A DNA stretch of 64,000 bases from an uncultured candidate division Zixibacteria bacterium (GCA_963806185.1 CAWDXE010000001.1:256001-320000); one strand, 5' to 3'. Counted from the first letter of the stretch, positions 32,095-42,658 are shown. Made by a program: numbers and translations. The notes: generated by a model not told the origin, from the letters alone.

Positions 32095-34063
32095 TGAGCA
32101 CCGTCCTTTCAATCGTCTGCGAGAGTTCCTCGAGACAGACGTTGCCGATAGCCATTTTGCGCAGATTGGCCATGATCCAGCGGACCTCGGCGAGCGGGTC
32201 CTTCGACCGGCGGATGCCGTCGAACTTTCGGCGCAGGGCCGGCACAAAGACCTGGAGCTGTTCCATAGTTTGCGGTTTGAATTCCAGGATGATCAGGATT
32301 GATTCAAAATCCATGTGGGGATGAGCATACAGAATCTTGAGCATTTCCTTGATGATTTCATCAAACAAACGACGCTGTTTGACAAAGCGGAACAGCTCGT
32401 ACACCTGTTCGTAGCGGAACCCGTTGGATTTCCGGTGCACACCCTCAAGGCGGCGCAAGGTGTGTCCGATCACTGAACCGACAAATACGGGATCCTCGTC
32501 GAAGTCTATTACGATTCGCTCAAGCAAACCGGCCAGATTTCGTTTGAAGATATACCGGTGGGTGTCGGCGGGGACGCGCCAATCGCTGAGTTGCTTCATG
32601 CGGGCGTCGATAGCCATCGGCAAGGCCCGCCCGGCGTCTTCGATCATCGGTTGCGTTATAGAAATAGGAGCGGAGTCGGTGTCCGGGTACATGCGATCCG
32701 GGCCCGGCAATACTCGCTCGAAGACATTGACCCCGCTGGGCAGAGCCTTGCGCGTTTCGCCGGGAACGCCGACCATGGCGAGGCGGCAGCGTTCGTCAAT
32801 AGTCTCGACAGCGGTTTTGACATCGTCCTTCGGCCCCCAGAATACGACCAGTCCGTCGTTGTCGGTAGTGCCGAGCAGTTTGCGAATGAAACGCAAGTCA
32901 TCTTCGGCAAGCGCGGATTCGTCGCCGTCAGCATAGACCATATTCGGCTTTTCGATACAGGCGATTACTTTCAGACGATCCGATAATTCGTCGGCGAAAG
33001 TACGTCCGGGCTGGGTAAAGTGGGAGAGAATTCCGGCGAACTGCGGCAGATTGACCGCGACCGTAGCCATGCCCTCGGCGGTGGCGTTCTTCATCGCATC
33101 AGGCAGCGAGACAAAGCGGGAAGCATCAATCTCCCGCGATGACAACTGCCAGGTTTCCTTCTTGGGAATCAGCTTCTGCAATAGATCGCGGATCATGAGC
33201 AGCGATTTTTGGCGAAAGGCCTCGTTGTGCACGAGTTCCGGAATCCATCGGATGCGGGAAACACCTTTGATTTCAACGCGGGTGCCGCCGGCGACACTCA
33301 CGTTGACATCTTCGCGGCCTGCGCCAATACCGGTGCGGACTTTGCCGGAGCTGCGAGCTACATAGCGAAGGTACTGGGCGGCCTCGGCCACTTCATCGGG
33401 GGTGGTCATATCCGGATAGGTCACCATCTCGATCAGCGGCATGCCGAGGCGATCAGTAGTATAGATCCGCCAGTGGCCTTGATCGGAGACTTCGCGGCAG
33501 GCATCTTCCTCGATGGAGAGTTGGATGAGTCGAACGGTCTTGTGGGTAAGCGGAATACTTCCCTCGATAGAAATAATTCCGGTTCGCTGGAAACCAGTCG
33601 GGATGCTGCCGTCGAGATATTGCTTTCGCGTAATGTGCAGTTCGCCAACAACTTTCATGCCGAGCAAGAGGGCGATCTCCAGCGCAATCCCCAAGGCCTC
33701 GCGATTGAGCGCAAACGGCGGCGTGTCATCAATATCATACGTGCAGGCCGTTTCATAACGAAGGCGGTAGATGATATTCTTCCGCGTTTTGAATTCCATC
33801 AGGGCAGTACCGTCATACTCACCTAATTCCGACAGAGTTGGGCGCATATGGCGGATGATTTCAGCGTCGTATTCGTCGTGCTGATACCGTCCGGCAGGAC
33901 ACCGGCAGAACAGTTTCTTCTGAGTCTTTAGTTGTTGATGGATTTCCAGTCCGGATTTGAACCCGAGGGCAGCATAAGTGTCCGGAGTAGCTTGAGATCG
34001 AGGGATATATCCGACTTCCGCCTTCGTTCGGGCGTACGTGGATTTACGTTCAGAGACCGACAT
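32084..34063 (-). CDS. gatE: Glu-tRNA(Gln) amidotransferase subunit E (archaeal type)
   Basis: GLEIHQQL, MRPTLSELGEYD, RKQYLDGSIPTGFQRT, DRLGMPLIE, GTRVEIKGV, GAD-like insertion, RVLPGPDRMYPDTD; overlaps gatD. Confidence 0.92.
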   Translation of the reverse strand: MSVSERKSTYARTKAEVGYIPRSQATPDTYAALGFKSGLEIHQQLKTQKKLFCRCPAGRYQHDEYDAEIIRHMRPTLSELGEYDGTALMEFKTRKNIIYRLRYETACTYDIDDTPPFALNREALGIALEIALLLGMKVVGELHITRKQYLDGSIPTGFQRTGIISIEGSIPLTHKTVRLIQLSIEEDACREVSDQGHWRIYTTDRLGMPLIEMVTYPDMTTPDEVAEAAQYLRYVARSSGKVRTGIGAGREDVNVSVAGGTRVEIKGVSRIRWIPELVHNEAFRQKSLLMIRDLLQKLIPKKETWQLSSREIDASRFVSLPDAMKNATAEGMATVAVNLPQFAGILSHFTQPGRTFADELSDRLKVIACIEKPNMVYADGDESALAEDDLRFIRKLLGTTDNDGLVVFWGPKDDVKTAVETIDERCRLAMVGVPGETRKALPSGVNVFERVLPGPDRMYPDTDSAPISITQPMIEDAGRALPMAIDARMKQLSDWRVPADTHRYIFKRNLAGLLERIVIDFDEDPVFVGSVIGHTLRRLEGVHRKSNGFRYEQVYELFRFVKQRRLFDEIIKEMLKILYAHPHMDFESILIILEFKPQTMEQLQVFVPALRRKFDGIRRSKDPLAEVRWIMANLRKMAIGNVCLEELSQTIERTVLNGR

Positions 34064-34333
34064 GACAGCTTTCCTTACTCTGTCCGGCCCATAGGCCGGC
34101 ACGAACCGGGGCAAAATAGGATAATGGCATCGGGTTTACAAGGGGATTTCCGTTGTCGCGTGTCGGGGTCATCCGGCGGGGATAAACCGAAGGCGTTTCG
34201 CCGCTTTCCTCTCATGCCGGCCCGATTGCGTGACAACATGTTGGGCGAAGATCGCGGAAAAGGTTGACCTAACGATCGGCGTTGCTAGATTGCGGCAAGC
34301 ATTTGCACCCAGGAGACTGCGAGAGAGATAACA

Positions 34334-35620
34334 ATGCCACATTCATTTCTGCGATGTCTTGCCCCTCTTGCGCTGGTCATGACGGCAAGCATGGTCGGTG
34401 GTGAGCCGGCCGATCGTGTCAAGGTATCGTACACTCAGCGTGTCAGAATCGAGACCACTGACAACGCCACTCAACTCGATTACGATTCCTCGGCCGGATC
34501 GAGCTATATGCGCAATCGGACGGGCCTGATGCTGCAGTATCGCCCGGTGCCGCTTTGGGAGTTCGGTGTGCGGTTGACCAACGAATTCCGCTACTATTTT
34601 GTCCCGGAGAGAAAACAGTTCACGCTGGATGAGATTTTCTTCGATCAGCTCTATGTCCGGCGCGACAGCGTTTTTCACCAACCGCTGAGGGTTGTCATTG
34701 GCCGACAGAATCTCAATTTTGGAGAAGGGTTCGTCATCGCCGAGGGAGGGCCGCTCGACGGATCACGGTCGGCCTATTTCAACGCACTCAATTTGCGATG
34801 GGACTTTTCGGCAGACAAATCGCTCTCGCTGATATTTGCGCATCAGCCGCGTAAGGACGAATGGTTCCCGATCATTCACGATCAGGAGAAAGTGATGGTG
34901 GAGCAACGAGAGCAGGCGGCGATGGCGTACTACCAAGCCAAGGGTATTCGAATTACACCGCAAGTCTATTTGATCTATAAACATCTCGGCCGTCACTCGT
35001 CGCGGCCGGCGGCGGACATTTACTGCCTTGGTGGTCGCCTTCAGGCGACTCTGACCAAGACACTCACCTCGACCACGGAAGCGGCGATCCAGCGCGGTAC
35101 ATGGGGCGACATCAATCAGACGGCGTTTGGTGGGTATTCGTATCTGGAACAGAAAACCGGCTGGCCGTTGTATTTTCCGCAGTCGTTTACCATTGGTGGA
35201 TTGTATTTGAGCGGCGATGATCTATCGACGACAGACCACGAGGGGTGGGAGCCGATTTTCGGCCGGTGGCCAAAGTGGAGCGAGTCGTATGCCTACACGT
35301 TGACGCGGGAGTACGGCGTGTCTTATTGGTCGAATTATGCCTCACTATTTGTCAAGACCTCGGTGAATCTGGCAGAGGAACTGACGCTGACGCTGGATTA
35401 CCACCATCTGATGGCGCCGCAACATACGGATTCGGTAGTCGGATTTCCCGGCGGCCAAGGGCGTGACAGGGGGAATCTTTTTGTCGGCAAGTTGACCTAC
35501 AAGGCGAGTCCGCATTTGTCCGGACACCTGCTGTGGGAATCGTTTGAGCCGGGCGATTACTATTTTCGGGGGGCCGACCATTCTTCGTGGATGCGTACAG
35601 AAGCATTTCTGACGTTTTGA
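34334..35620 (+). CDS. Outer membrane beta-barrel protein (alginate export family-like)
   Basis: Signal peptide, IGRQNLNFGEG, YLSGDD, alternating beta-strands, C-terminal Phe. Confidence 0.7.
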   Translation: MPHSFLRCLAPLALVMTASMVGGEPADRVKVSYTQRVRIETTDNATQLDYDSSAGSSYMRNRTGLMLQYRPVPLWEFGVRLTNEFRYYFVPERKQFTLDEIFFDQLYVRRDSVFHQPLRVVIGRQNLNFGEGFVIAEGGPLDGSRSAYFNALNLRWDFSADKSLSLIFAHQPRKDEWFPIIHDQEKVMVEQREQAAMAYYQAKGIRITPQVYLIYKHLGRHSSRPAADIYCLGGRLQATLTKTLTSTTEAAIQRGTWGDINQTAFGGYSYLEQKTGWPLYFPQSFTIGGLYLSGDDLSTTDHEGWEPIFGRWPKWSESYAYTLTREYGVSYWSNYASLFVKTSVNLAEELTLTLDYHHLMAPQHTDSVVGFPGGQGRDRGNLFVGKLTYKASPHLSGHLLWESFEPGDYYFRGADHSSWMRTEAFLTF

Positions 35621-35656
35621 CCGTGACCGTTTCGAGCGTCTCTCACACAAATGGTA

Positions 35657-35684
35657 ACGCCGGCGCTTAATCGAGCACCGGCGT
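35657..35684. terminator. Stem-loop between convergent genes
   Basis: ACGCCGGCGCT-TAATCG-AGCACCGGCGT. Confidence 0.5.
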
Positions 35685-35713
35685 CATAAGTAATCTTCGA
35701 AAGCCAGCTTTGA

Positions 35714-36157
35714 TCAGGCGCTGACCGGCTGACGTGGCTGCGTGGTCGGGCGAGAGGGGGGCATCGATTTGCCTTTGTTCGGAGTGCTAAACGCCAGGAC
35801 GCAGGTAGCGGCAATGCCGATGAACGGAATCAGCATGCAGACTCCCCACCAGCCTGATTGGCCGCAGTTTCGCGCGATCTGCCAACTAAGCGCGATAATC
35901 GCGACGATGTTGACAATCGGTACCAGAAAGAGAAGCACCCACCAGTAGGACTTTCCGCCCATCTGGCACATCAGGAACAAGTTGAGGATTGGTACCCAGG
36001 CCCACCAGGCGTTTTCGGTGCAGCCGGCATTCTTGGCAATTCGAAAGAACAACCATGAACCAATGATGTAGATACCGATCATAAACAGCCAGAACATGCC
36101 GCCCATCATCGCCAGCATACCTACGCTGCTCGGTTCCATTGCATACGTGTCACCCAT
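35714..36157 (-). CDS. DUF5684-like small membrane protein
   Basis: AWWAWVPILN, GKSYWWVLLFLVPIVN; GGAGG RBS. Confidence 0.75.
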   Translation of the reverse strand: MGDTYAMEPSSVGMLAMMGGMFWLFMIGIYIIGSWLFFRIAKNAGCTENAWWAWVPILNLFLMCQMGGKSYWWVLLFLVPIVNIVAIIALSWQIARNCGQSGWWGVCMLIPFIGIAATCVLAFSTPNKGKSMPPSRPTTQPRQPVSA

Positions 36158-36431
36158 CGTGACCTCCAGTAAGGGGATTTGAGTTTTCGCGTTCTAGCCC
36201 GCCCGGACAGGCGGGTATGTAGATTATCGGCAGGAAAGCTGAACCGGTTTAGCCGGATCCGACTGAGTTCAGCGTCAAGGGAGTATGGGGTTCTGGCGCG
36301 AGGCGGCCTAAAACGGCTTGAGTAGCTGACTCAAATTCGCTATTGTAACAGGCAAACGATTGCCCGTGAACGGATAGCCGACAGGCCTCCGTACAGCCCG
36401 AAAATGGATGACCTCATGAAGAAGGACGTTT

Positions 36432-37952
36432 ATGGCTAACTTCTTTGTCTATCTGGCAGTCATTGTCTGCGGCGCGTCGGTGCTCGCTATTGAGCTCCTC
36501 GGCACGCGCATCATTGCCCCCTTTTACGGCGGAAGTCTCTATCTCTGGTCGGCCCTGATCAGCGTCACGCTGGCCGCACTCAGCCTGGGGTACTGGCTTG
36601 GCGGGCGATGGGCGGATCGGGGGGCAAGCCTGACCCGCCTCTGCTGGATCATCGGACTCGCCGGAGTCTGGATCACCGTCAGTCCGTGGCTGCGAGGCCC
36701 GGTCTTTGCACTGGCGGAACATCTGGAGTTGAGATTAGCCGTGCTGTTTATCGCTACGGTGTTGTTCTTTCCGCCGCTGGCTCTGCTCGGCATGGTCAGT
36801 CCGTACGCCATTCGCATGAAAGCATCGAGTCTCGACGTGGTCGGCAGAACCGCTGGGAATCTGTACGCAATATCCACGGTCGCCAGCGTGGTAGCGGCCC
36901 TGCTCACCGGATTCGTACTCATCCCCAACGTAGGCGTTACCGTATTGGCCGTTTTGGTTGGGATCGTATTGTTAGCCACGGCTCTGCTGGGGTTCCTTTT
37001 CGGGCGTCACTTTTCAGGAGCCGTCGCCGTTGGACTACTGATCGTTGCGGCCGGAGCTTGCGAGCTCGGGTATTCGCCCGACGTGGCGACAAGCGACGAC
37101 TTCACGATCATTGCTGTTGAGCAGAGTGCGTACGCCGAGATTCGCGTTGTCGACGCAGACAGCACCCGCTTCATGTTGATCGACGGCGCGATGCATACCG
37201 GACTGGATCAGACCACCGGGGAGTCGTCGTTCCCCTATGTTCATGTGATTGATCTGGTCAAGGATTTTGTCTCGCCCGGCCGGATGCTTCAGATTGGACT
37301 CGGGGGGGGCTCAACGGTGAGGAGTTTTTTTGCGGATGGCTGGAAGGTGGATGCGGTGGAAATCGACCCGATGGTGACAAGACTGGCACACCAGTATTTT
37401 GGGCTGGCGGATTCCGAAGCGACTATCTATAGCATGGATGGGCGGCAGTATTTGAAGAATGCGTCTGACACCTATGACGTGATTCTGCTCGACGCCTTTG
37501 GCGCGGCGACGGTGCCGTTTCATCTGGTGACGGATGAGGTATTCGGGTTAATCCGGTCGCGTCTTGCCCCTGGAGGTGTGTTTGCAATCAACGTTCAGTC
37601 CCTGGGTTGGAACGACAAGATTGTCCGGTCACTGGCCAAAACGTCGGCTCGATATTTTGCGCACAACCTGGCGCTTCCGACCGCCGAACCGCCCGACCAT
37701 GTAGGCAATCTGATCCTGCTTTTATCCGACCGTGGGCTGACCCTCTCTCGTGACTTACCGGTGCCGCTGGACCGCCAATCGGCGGAGTACGATCGCGCCC
37801 ATGCCTGGGATAACCGCTTTGTAGTCGACACGACCGGAGCGCTGATCATCACCGACAATTGCAATCCGGTCGACATCTGGTCGGAGCGAGTCAACCATGC
37901 CGCGCGAGCCGAGCTGCACGAGACGTTCCGAGGGCGTCGTCTCGCCTGGTAA
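36432..37952 (+). CDS. Fused membrane domain / spermidine synthase-like methyltransferase
   Basis: N-terminal TM block (ELLGTRIIAPFYG, GNLYAISTVAS); IGLGGGS, VEIDP, DGRQYL, YDVILLDAF. Confidence 0.88.
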   Translation: MANFFVYLAVIVCGASVLAIELLGTRIIAPFYGGSLYLWSALISVTLAALSLGYWLGGRWADRGASLTRLCWIIGLAGVWITVSPWLRGPVFALAEHLELRLAVLFIATVLFFPPLALLGMVSPYAIRMKASSLDVVGRTAGNLYAISTVASVVAALLTGFVLIPNVGVTVLAVLVGIVLLATALLGFLFGRHFSGAVAVGLLIVAAGACELGYSPDVATSDDFTIIAVEQSAYAEIRVVDADSTRFMLIDGAMHTGLDQTTGESSFPYVHVIDLVKDFVSPGRMLQIGLGGGSTVRSFFADGWKVDAVEIDPMVTRLAHQYFGLADSEATIYSMDGRQYLKNASDTYDVILLDAFGAATVPFHLVTDEVFGLIRSRLAPGGVFAINVQSLGWNDKIVRSLAKTSARYFAHNLALPTAEPPDHVGNLILLLSDRGLTLSRDLPVPLDRQSAEYDRAHAWDNRFVVDTTGALIITDNCNPVDIWSERVNHAARAELHETFRGRRLAW

Positions 37953-37958
37953 CGCGGC

Positions 37959-38333
37959 CTACTTTCCTTCCATCGGCTTGATCTCGCCGGTGACCAGCAG
38001 CCGGGTGGGAAATCCCTCCAGAGTTTTGGGTACGTCGCGCTTCACCTGATCCGACGCTTCTTTGACCAGGACGAGAATACAGGGGGCCTTCTCATCCGTT
38101 TCCCCAATTGCCACCCCAACAACTCCGGAGATCTCCATCAGCTCACGAGAGTGGGCCTCCAGGACGGCATTGATGTCTTTCTTTGACACTTCGGTTTTGT
38201 CTTCCTTATTGCTCTGACAGGCCGCACCGAGTACGAGGAGGAAGATCATAGCGAACATTCCCCATCGTCGAATGGCGGCGAAACGACTTGTCTTCGATCT
38301 GTGTCTGAGATGGCTGTTTCCTTCCGTATGCAT
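37959..38333 (-). CDS. Small lipoprotein homologous to the N-terminal domain of the adjacent protease
   Basis: GGAGG RBS; LGAAC lipobox; HSRELMEISGVVGVAIG...VPKTLEGFPTRLLVTGEI. Confidence 0.7.
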   Translation of the reverse strand: MHTEGNSHLRHRSKTSRFAAIRRWGMFAMIFLLVLGAACQSNKEDKTEVSKKDINAVLEAHSRELMEISGVVGVAIGETDEKAPCILVLVKEASDQVKRDVPKTLEGFPTRLLVTGEIKPMEGK

Positions 38334-38355
38334 TGCCAATGTGCCTCCAGCAAAA

Positions 38356-38384
38356 ACCCGACCCCAGTGAATAACCGGGGTCGG
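38356..38384 (-). terminator. Stem-loop with U tract after the protease gene
   Basis: CCCGACCCC...GGGGTCGGG followed by TTTTT on the minus strand. Confidence 0.6.
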
Positions 38385-38429
38385 GCGCAAATGGTGAGTA
38401 CCGGCCCTTGGGCCGGCATTCGGTATTGC

Positions 38430-39533
38430 TTAGTTACCGACCATGGTGGCCCCGAGGAATGTCAGGACCGAATTGATCGGGTTGGCTACCGCGATCGAAG
38501 TGCTGCCGGCAAAGAGAAGCCCGATAGCTTTCGGATTGGTAGTCACGTCTTGAACCATCAACGAACCGGAGTCACCGCCGCCAAGGAACCGGCTACGCGT
38601 GTTGGTAACGAGAATCTGACCGGTGAACGTCTTGGTGAAAGCGGTTCCGCCGGCGCACTCGTTTTCGTAGGACACGCTGATAGTGGCGTTCAGGCCGCTC
38701 ACCTTGCTGCGGGTAAGACCGGTCGTACGACCGCTCTTCTTAACCGCCTGTCCGACTGACGCCGCGATTGTCGTCGCCGAGAGCGTGCCGATCTCAAGAA
38801 TATTGCCGGTCGCATCAACCATGCCGGAAATGATGTTGGCGCTGGAGCAGTCGACGTTGTTGTTCGGCAGCGAGTGCGACACGACGAGGGTCGCGACATT
38901 CTGGGCGCTGGTCGCGCTGCAGTTGACATCGATCAAACCCGGCTGGATGATATAGTCACCGGTAGTAGCAACGGTGCCGTTGCCGCCGGAAACAATATCG
39001 GCCTCAAACACGTGGTAGTTGCTCAGGATGCGCTTCGTCCCGCCGACTGAGATCAGCGAGCCCAGCGTGCCACCGCAGCAATACCCGTTGGCCAAGTCCT
39101 TGCGCCATCCACCCGACGTACCCAGCTTGATCGGCGGGGTCTGTTTGGTCTTGTGGCTGACGCTCGCCATGGCCACAATCTTGTCTGTAAACACGACCTG
39201 TACCGGGACGCCGTCCAGTTCCTTCGGTGCGGATCTGAGAGCGCGGTCAGTGGTTACCAGCATCATGATCGCGGGCTTACCATTATCAGCCATGGTGGTC
39301 GCGGTGCCGATGACATCGGGATCGCTCATGAGCTGACGCGTGTGACGGTCCTGAACGACCATCACCGATTGCACCTCGGGGTTATCATAACTCAGGGTGC
39401 CGTTGAGGGAGTTATCGGGAGCAACGACGTTGTCGTTGTTATCCGAACATCCCCAGAGTCCCAGCATGAGAATGACAGCGGCACTGGCGATGACAACTGC
39501 CAAGCCGCGTGGACGAGTGAATGAACGCATCAT
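38430..39533 (-). CDS. Trypsin-like (clan PA, Nal1-like) serine protease lipoprotein
   Basis: LWGC lipobox; GTLGS, LSNYHVF (His), NVDCS (Asp), KSGRTTGLT, GGDSGS (Ser). Confidence 0.82.
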   Translation of the reverse strand: MMRSFTRPRGLAVVIASAAVILMLGLWGCSDNNDNVVAPDNSLNGTLSYDNPEVQSVMVVQDRHTRQLMSDPDVIGTATTMADNGKPAIMMLVTTDRALRSAPKELDGVPVQVVFTDKIVAMASVSHKTKQTPPIKLGTSGGWRKDLANGYCCGGTLGSLISVGGTKRILSNYHVFEADIVSGGNGTVATTGDYIIQPGLIDVNCSATSAQNVATLVVSHSLPNNNVDCSSANIISGMVDATGNILEIGTLSATTIAASVGQAVKKSGRTTGLTRSKVSGLNATISVSYENECAGGTAFTKTFTGQILVTNTRSRFLGGGDSGSLMVQDVTTNPKAIGLLFAGSTSIAVANPINSVLTFLGATMVGN

Positions 39534-39896
39534 TCCTGTCCTCCTAGGTCGTGAGGTTATAGAGAACTAATCTACAATCCTGAAGTCGTTACTCTTGGGT
39601 TGTAGCGTGGCTTCCCGGTGACAACCGAATATTATTCTCCAATTTCTCGCCGGCCGACCGAACTGTCAAGAACAAACTGCGAGTAGGGTCCAAGTTATAT
39701 TTTTCACATAACAAAATTCAGATACAATTCTGCACTTCACATCGCCAATTCGTGCGCAATTTGCAGTGCGCCCCGCACCCGCGAGGGATCCTCGATTACA
39801 CTGGCCTACTAGGGGACCCGAGGGGACGAAATGATCCGCAAGTAATGATTCCCGAAGGGAACTTGGGAAGTGCGTCAGGAGATTGCTCGGCCGCAG

Positions 39897-40883
39897 TTAT
39901 CGGGGGGGGAAATCCGGACCGGATTTCGAGAGGTATTGAGTGACATAGCGGCGAACGCCTTCCTCTATGGTCAGGAAGGGGGCCACATAGCCGACCAGAC
40001 GCAGCTTACTGAGATTGGCTTCGGTGTGGTACTGGTAATTGTCCCGGATACTCAGCGGCATGTCAATGAACTCGATTCGGGGAGGCAGTCCGGCCGAGGC
40101 GAAAACGGTCCGGGCCAGATCGATCCAGGTCCGGGCCTGTCCGGTCCCACAATTGAACAGACCGGACACTTCCGGATGGTCGAAGAAGAACAGAGTCTCG
40201 GCCACGGCGTCGTCGACATAAACAAAATCCCGCTCCTGTTTGCCGTCCAGATACTCCGGCCGGTAGGATTTGAACAACCGCATGACTCCCTCAGACTTGA
40301 CCAGACCGTACGCCTTATTGACCAATGACCGCATCTCCCCCTTATGCTCTTCGCCGGGGCCGTAGACGTTGAAGTACTTCAGCCCGGCAATCTGCTTGAG
40401 AGTGCCAGTCCGAATTGCCCAGAGGTCGAATTTCTGTTTGGACCGGCCGTACCCGTTAAGTGGCTCTAACTCAGATACGGTTGCCTCATCATCGATGTAC
40501 CCGCGGCGGCCGTCGCCATAGGTGGCAGCGCTCGACGCATAGACAAACCGGGCCCCGACTTTCAGGGACCACTCGCACAGGTCGACCGTGCACTGGTAGT
40601 TGTTGTCGGTCAGGTAGGCCTCGTCGGTCTCCATGGTCGAGCTGCAGGCCCCCATATGAAAGACCCCATCCACCGGGGAGACGCGGACATCGCGCAGCTG
40701 TGTACGGAAATCGGCTTTGTCGTAGTAGTCCTTGAACTCAAGCCGGTCAAGATTGCGCTGTTTGGCCGGGTGATTGAGGTGGTCAACGATTGTGATGTCA
40801 CGGTGGCCGCGCTCGTTTAGCGCTCGGACCAGATTGCTGCCGATAAAGCCGGCGCCGCCCGTGACGATAAATTTCTTGTCCAT
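39897..40883 (-). CDS. rfaD: ADP-L-glycero-D-manno-heptose 6-epimerase
   Basis: GGAGFIGSN, HMGACSST, YASSAATYG, YGRSK, YFNVYGPGEEHKG, YQYHTEA. Confidence 0.93.
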   Translation of the reverse strand: MDKKFIVTGGAGFIGSNLVRALNERGHRDITIVDHLNHPAKQRNLDRLEFKDYYDKADFRTQLRDVRVSPVDGVFHMGACSSTMETDEAYLTDNNYQCTVDLCEWSLKVGARFVYASSAATYGDGRRGYIDDEATVSELEPLNGYGRSKQKFDLWAIRTGTLKQIAGLKYFNVYGPGEEHKGEMRSLVNKAYGLVKSEGVMRLFKSYRPEYLDGKQERDFVYVDDAVAETLFFFDHPEVSGLFNCGTGQARTWIDLARTVFASAGLPPRIEFIDMPLSIRDNYQYHTEANLSKLRLVGYVAPFLTIEEGVRRYVTQYLSKSGPDFPPR

Positions 40884-40990
40884 TTCCAGTTCGACTTCCC
40901 TGTTCGGCTGTTCGCGAGTCAGATGACCGTCGTCTAATACCTACAAGGTACCCTTTTCAATCAGTCAGTGTCAATAGAAGCAGGGAATGA

Positions 40991-42118
40991 CTAGAGCGAG
41001 CGGAGGAGTCTCTCCCACGATTCACATTGTGTAACGTGCGAATACTTCGCCAGGGCATCGGCTCTCCCCTGCGCTGCCAACTTCGCCGCATAAGCCGGCT
41101 CCTTGAGATACTTCAACAACCTGTCGGCCAGCGCCTGGTCGTCGCCGGGTGGAAAGCGAAGACCGTTTTTCAGATCATCAATCAGATCGATTGTTCCGCC
41201 GCTGTCGGTGCCGATCACCGGCAGGCCGCAGGTCATCGCCTCGATCGTTACCAAGCCGTAGGTTTCGGAGAGCGAGGTCAACAGGAAGATATCCATGGCA
41301 CTGTAGGCGATTTCGGGATATTCGAGGAACGGTCGGAAATGAACGAACGGTTCCAGATGACACTCGCGGACCAGAGTACGCAACTCCTGCTCGTAGATGT
41401 CGCTTTCGTTCCGGGTCGGATCACCGACTATCAGGAGGTGTGCCCTGCAGCCCTGCTCGTGACACCGGGAGAGCGCGCGAATGCCAACATGCTGCCCACG
41501 CTTGGGATCGAGTCGCCCAATGGTGCCGATCAGGGTACCTTCCGCCGGCAGATCGAGAGCGCGGCGAGATGAGAGTTTGTCTCGCTTCTCGATGAACTTC
41601 GACTGGTCGATGCCGTGGGGGATGATGTGAATTCTACTGAGGGGAACACGCGTGTTTCGTCTCGCTTGCTCGGCCAGAATCGGGAGCGGTGCGACGAAGG
41701 CGTCGAGCTTTCGATACTGCCAGACATGGAGCAGGTCGCGTTTGTTGCCGAGGTGCATGTTCTGAGAAAAGATCAGCTTGAGTTTGTCGCCGGATCGTTG
41801 CTTAGCTACGGCACAGACCAGTACGTCGCGGGATTGGTGAAAGATCAGGTGCGACACATGGTCTGCCCGGGCCAGTTGTGCCAGTTTTCCGCCGTGGCAA
41901 ATTGCAGACAAGGTTGAGGTGATCCTGAGGTCGCGCGTCGGGACCCGATATTCGGTGCGAGCCCGCTCGGCGAGTTTAGTGTCGGGGTTGGCATAGAGAA
42001 AGACCGGCCAACCTCGCTGGCGCATCCAATTGAGGAAACGGAGAACGTTGAGCTCGAGTCCGCCCCACGCGGTGGAGGAGCAGTAGGAGCCGATGGGGAA
42101 AGTCGGCTGGTCCTTCAT
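40991..42118 (-). CDS. Glycosyltransferase family 4
   Basis: WGGLE, IGRLDPKRG, SETYGLVTIEAMTCGLPVI. Confidence 0.9.
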   Translation of the reverse strand: MKDQPTFPIGSYCSSTAWGGLELNVLRFLNWMRQRGWPVFLYANPDTKLAERARTEYRVPTRDLRITSTLSAICHGGKLAQLARADHVSHLIFHQSRDVLVCAVAKQRSGDKLKLIFSQNMHLGNKRDLLHVWQYRKLDAFVAPLPILAEQARRNTRVPLSRIHIIPHGIDQSKFIEKRDKLSSRRALDLPAEGTLIGTIGRLDPKRGQHVGIRALSRCHEQGCRAHLLIVGDPTRNESDIYEQELRTLVRECHLEPFVHFRPFLEYPEIAYSAMDIFLLTSLSETYGLVTIEAMTCGLPVIGTDSGGTIDLIDDLKNGLRFPPGDDQALADRLLKYLKEPAYAAKLAAQGRADALAKYSHVTQCESWERLLRSL

Positions 42119-42207
42119 AAGGACGGAATATAAGGCTAGTGAGGGAACGACGGGAAGGAAAGAATTCGGAAGCAGAGCCAAGCCGGCAGGAGCACAAGGC
42201 TTTGGCC

Positions 42208-42570
42208 TTACACTTTGGTCTCGTTCAGTCTGAGGCGTGCCTTGATCAGCTTTCGGATGAGTGCGATGGGGAGTTTCTTGTCCAGTGGAAAGCGTACCGT
42301 CGCCTTGGAAGTCTCGTACTCCGTCAATTCATTCTTGTGCTCTTCGATCACGGGTGTCGGCACGTAAAATCCGATGTGTCTCTTCGCAATGGAAAAGTAG
42401 GCCAGCCGACCCCTGAAGTGATAATAAGGTATGCCGTAACTGATGTATTCGTCGGCAGCCGGCGCGGCTTTTCTGATGGCAGCCCGAAGCTCTTTGAGTT
42501 TGCTCTGCACTTCCTTAGGAGCCGCCGCAATGTAGGCGCTGACGTCTTTTGGTTTCGGTAATTTCTTCAT
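42208..42570 (-). CDS. DUF1801 (YdhG-like) protein
   Basis: LRAAIRKAAPAADEYISYGIPYY...HIGFY...TVRFPLDKKLP. Confidence 0.85.
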   Translation of the reverse strand: MKKLPKPKDVSAYIAAAPKEVQSKLKELRAAIRKAAPAADEYISYGIPYYHFRGRLAYFSIAKRHIGFYVPTPVIEEHKNELTEYETSKATVRFPLDKKLPIALIRKLIKARLRLNETKV

Positions 42571-42658
42571 GGTTCCTCAGTACCAAGATTTGCCGCTATT
42601 CGCGCAGGGAAAACCGGTGAAGCTGAACGCAACTGACGGGTGGTGCACAAGAATTCGC

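Noticed and set aside
39897..40883. Epimerase as the missing ceramide reductase CerR
   Set aside because: The motifs are RfaD/HldD-specific and the gene is about 34 kb from spt.
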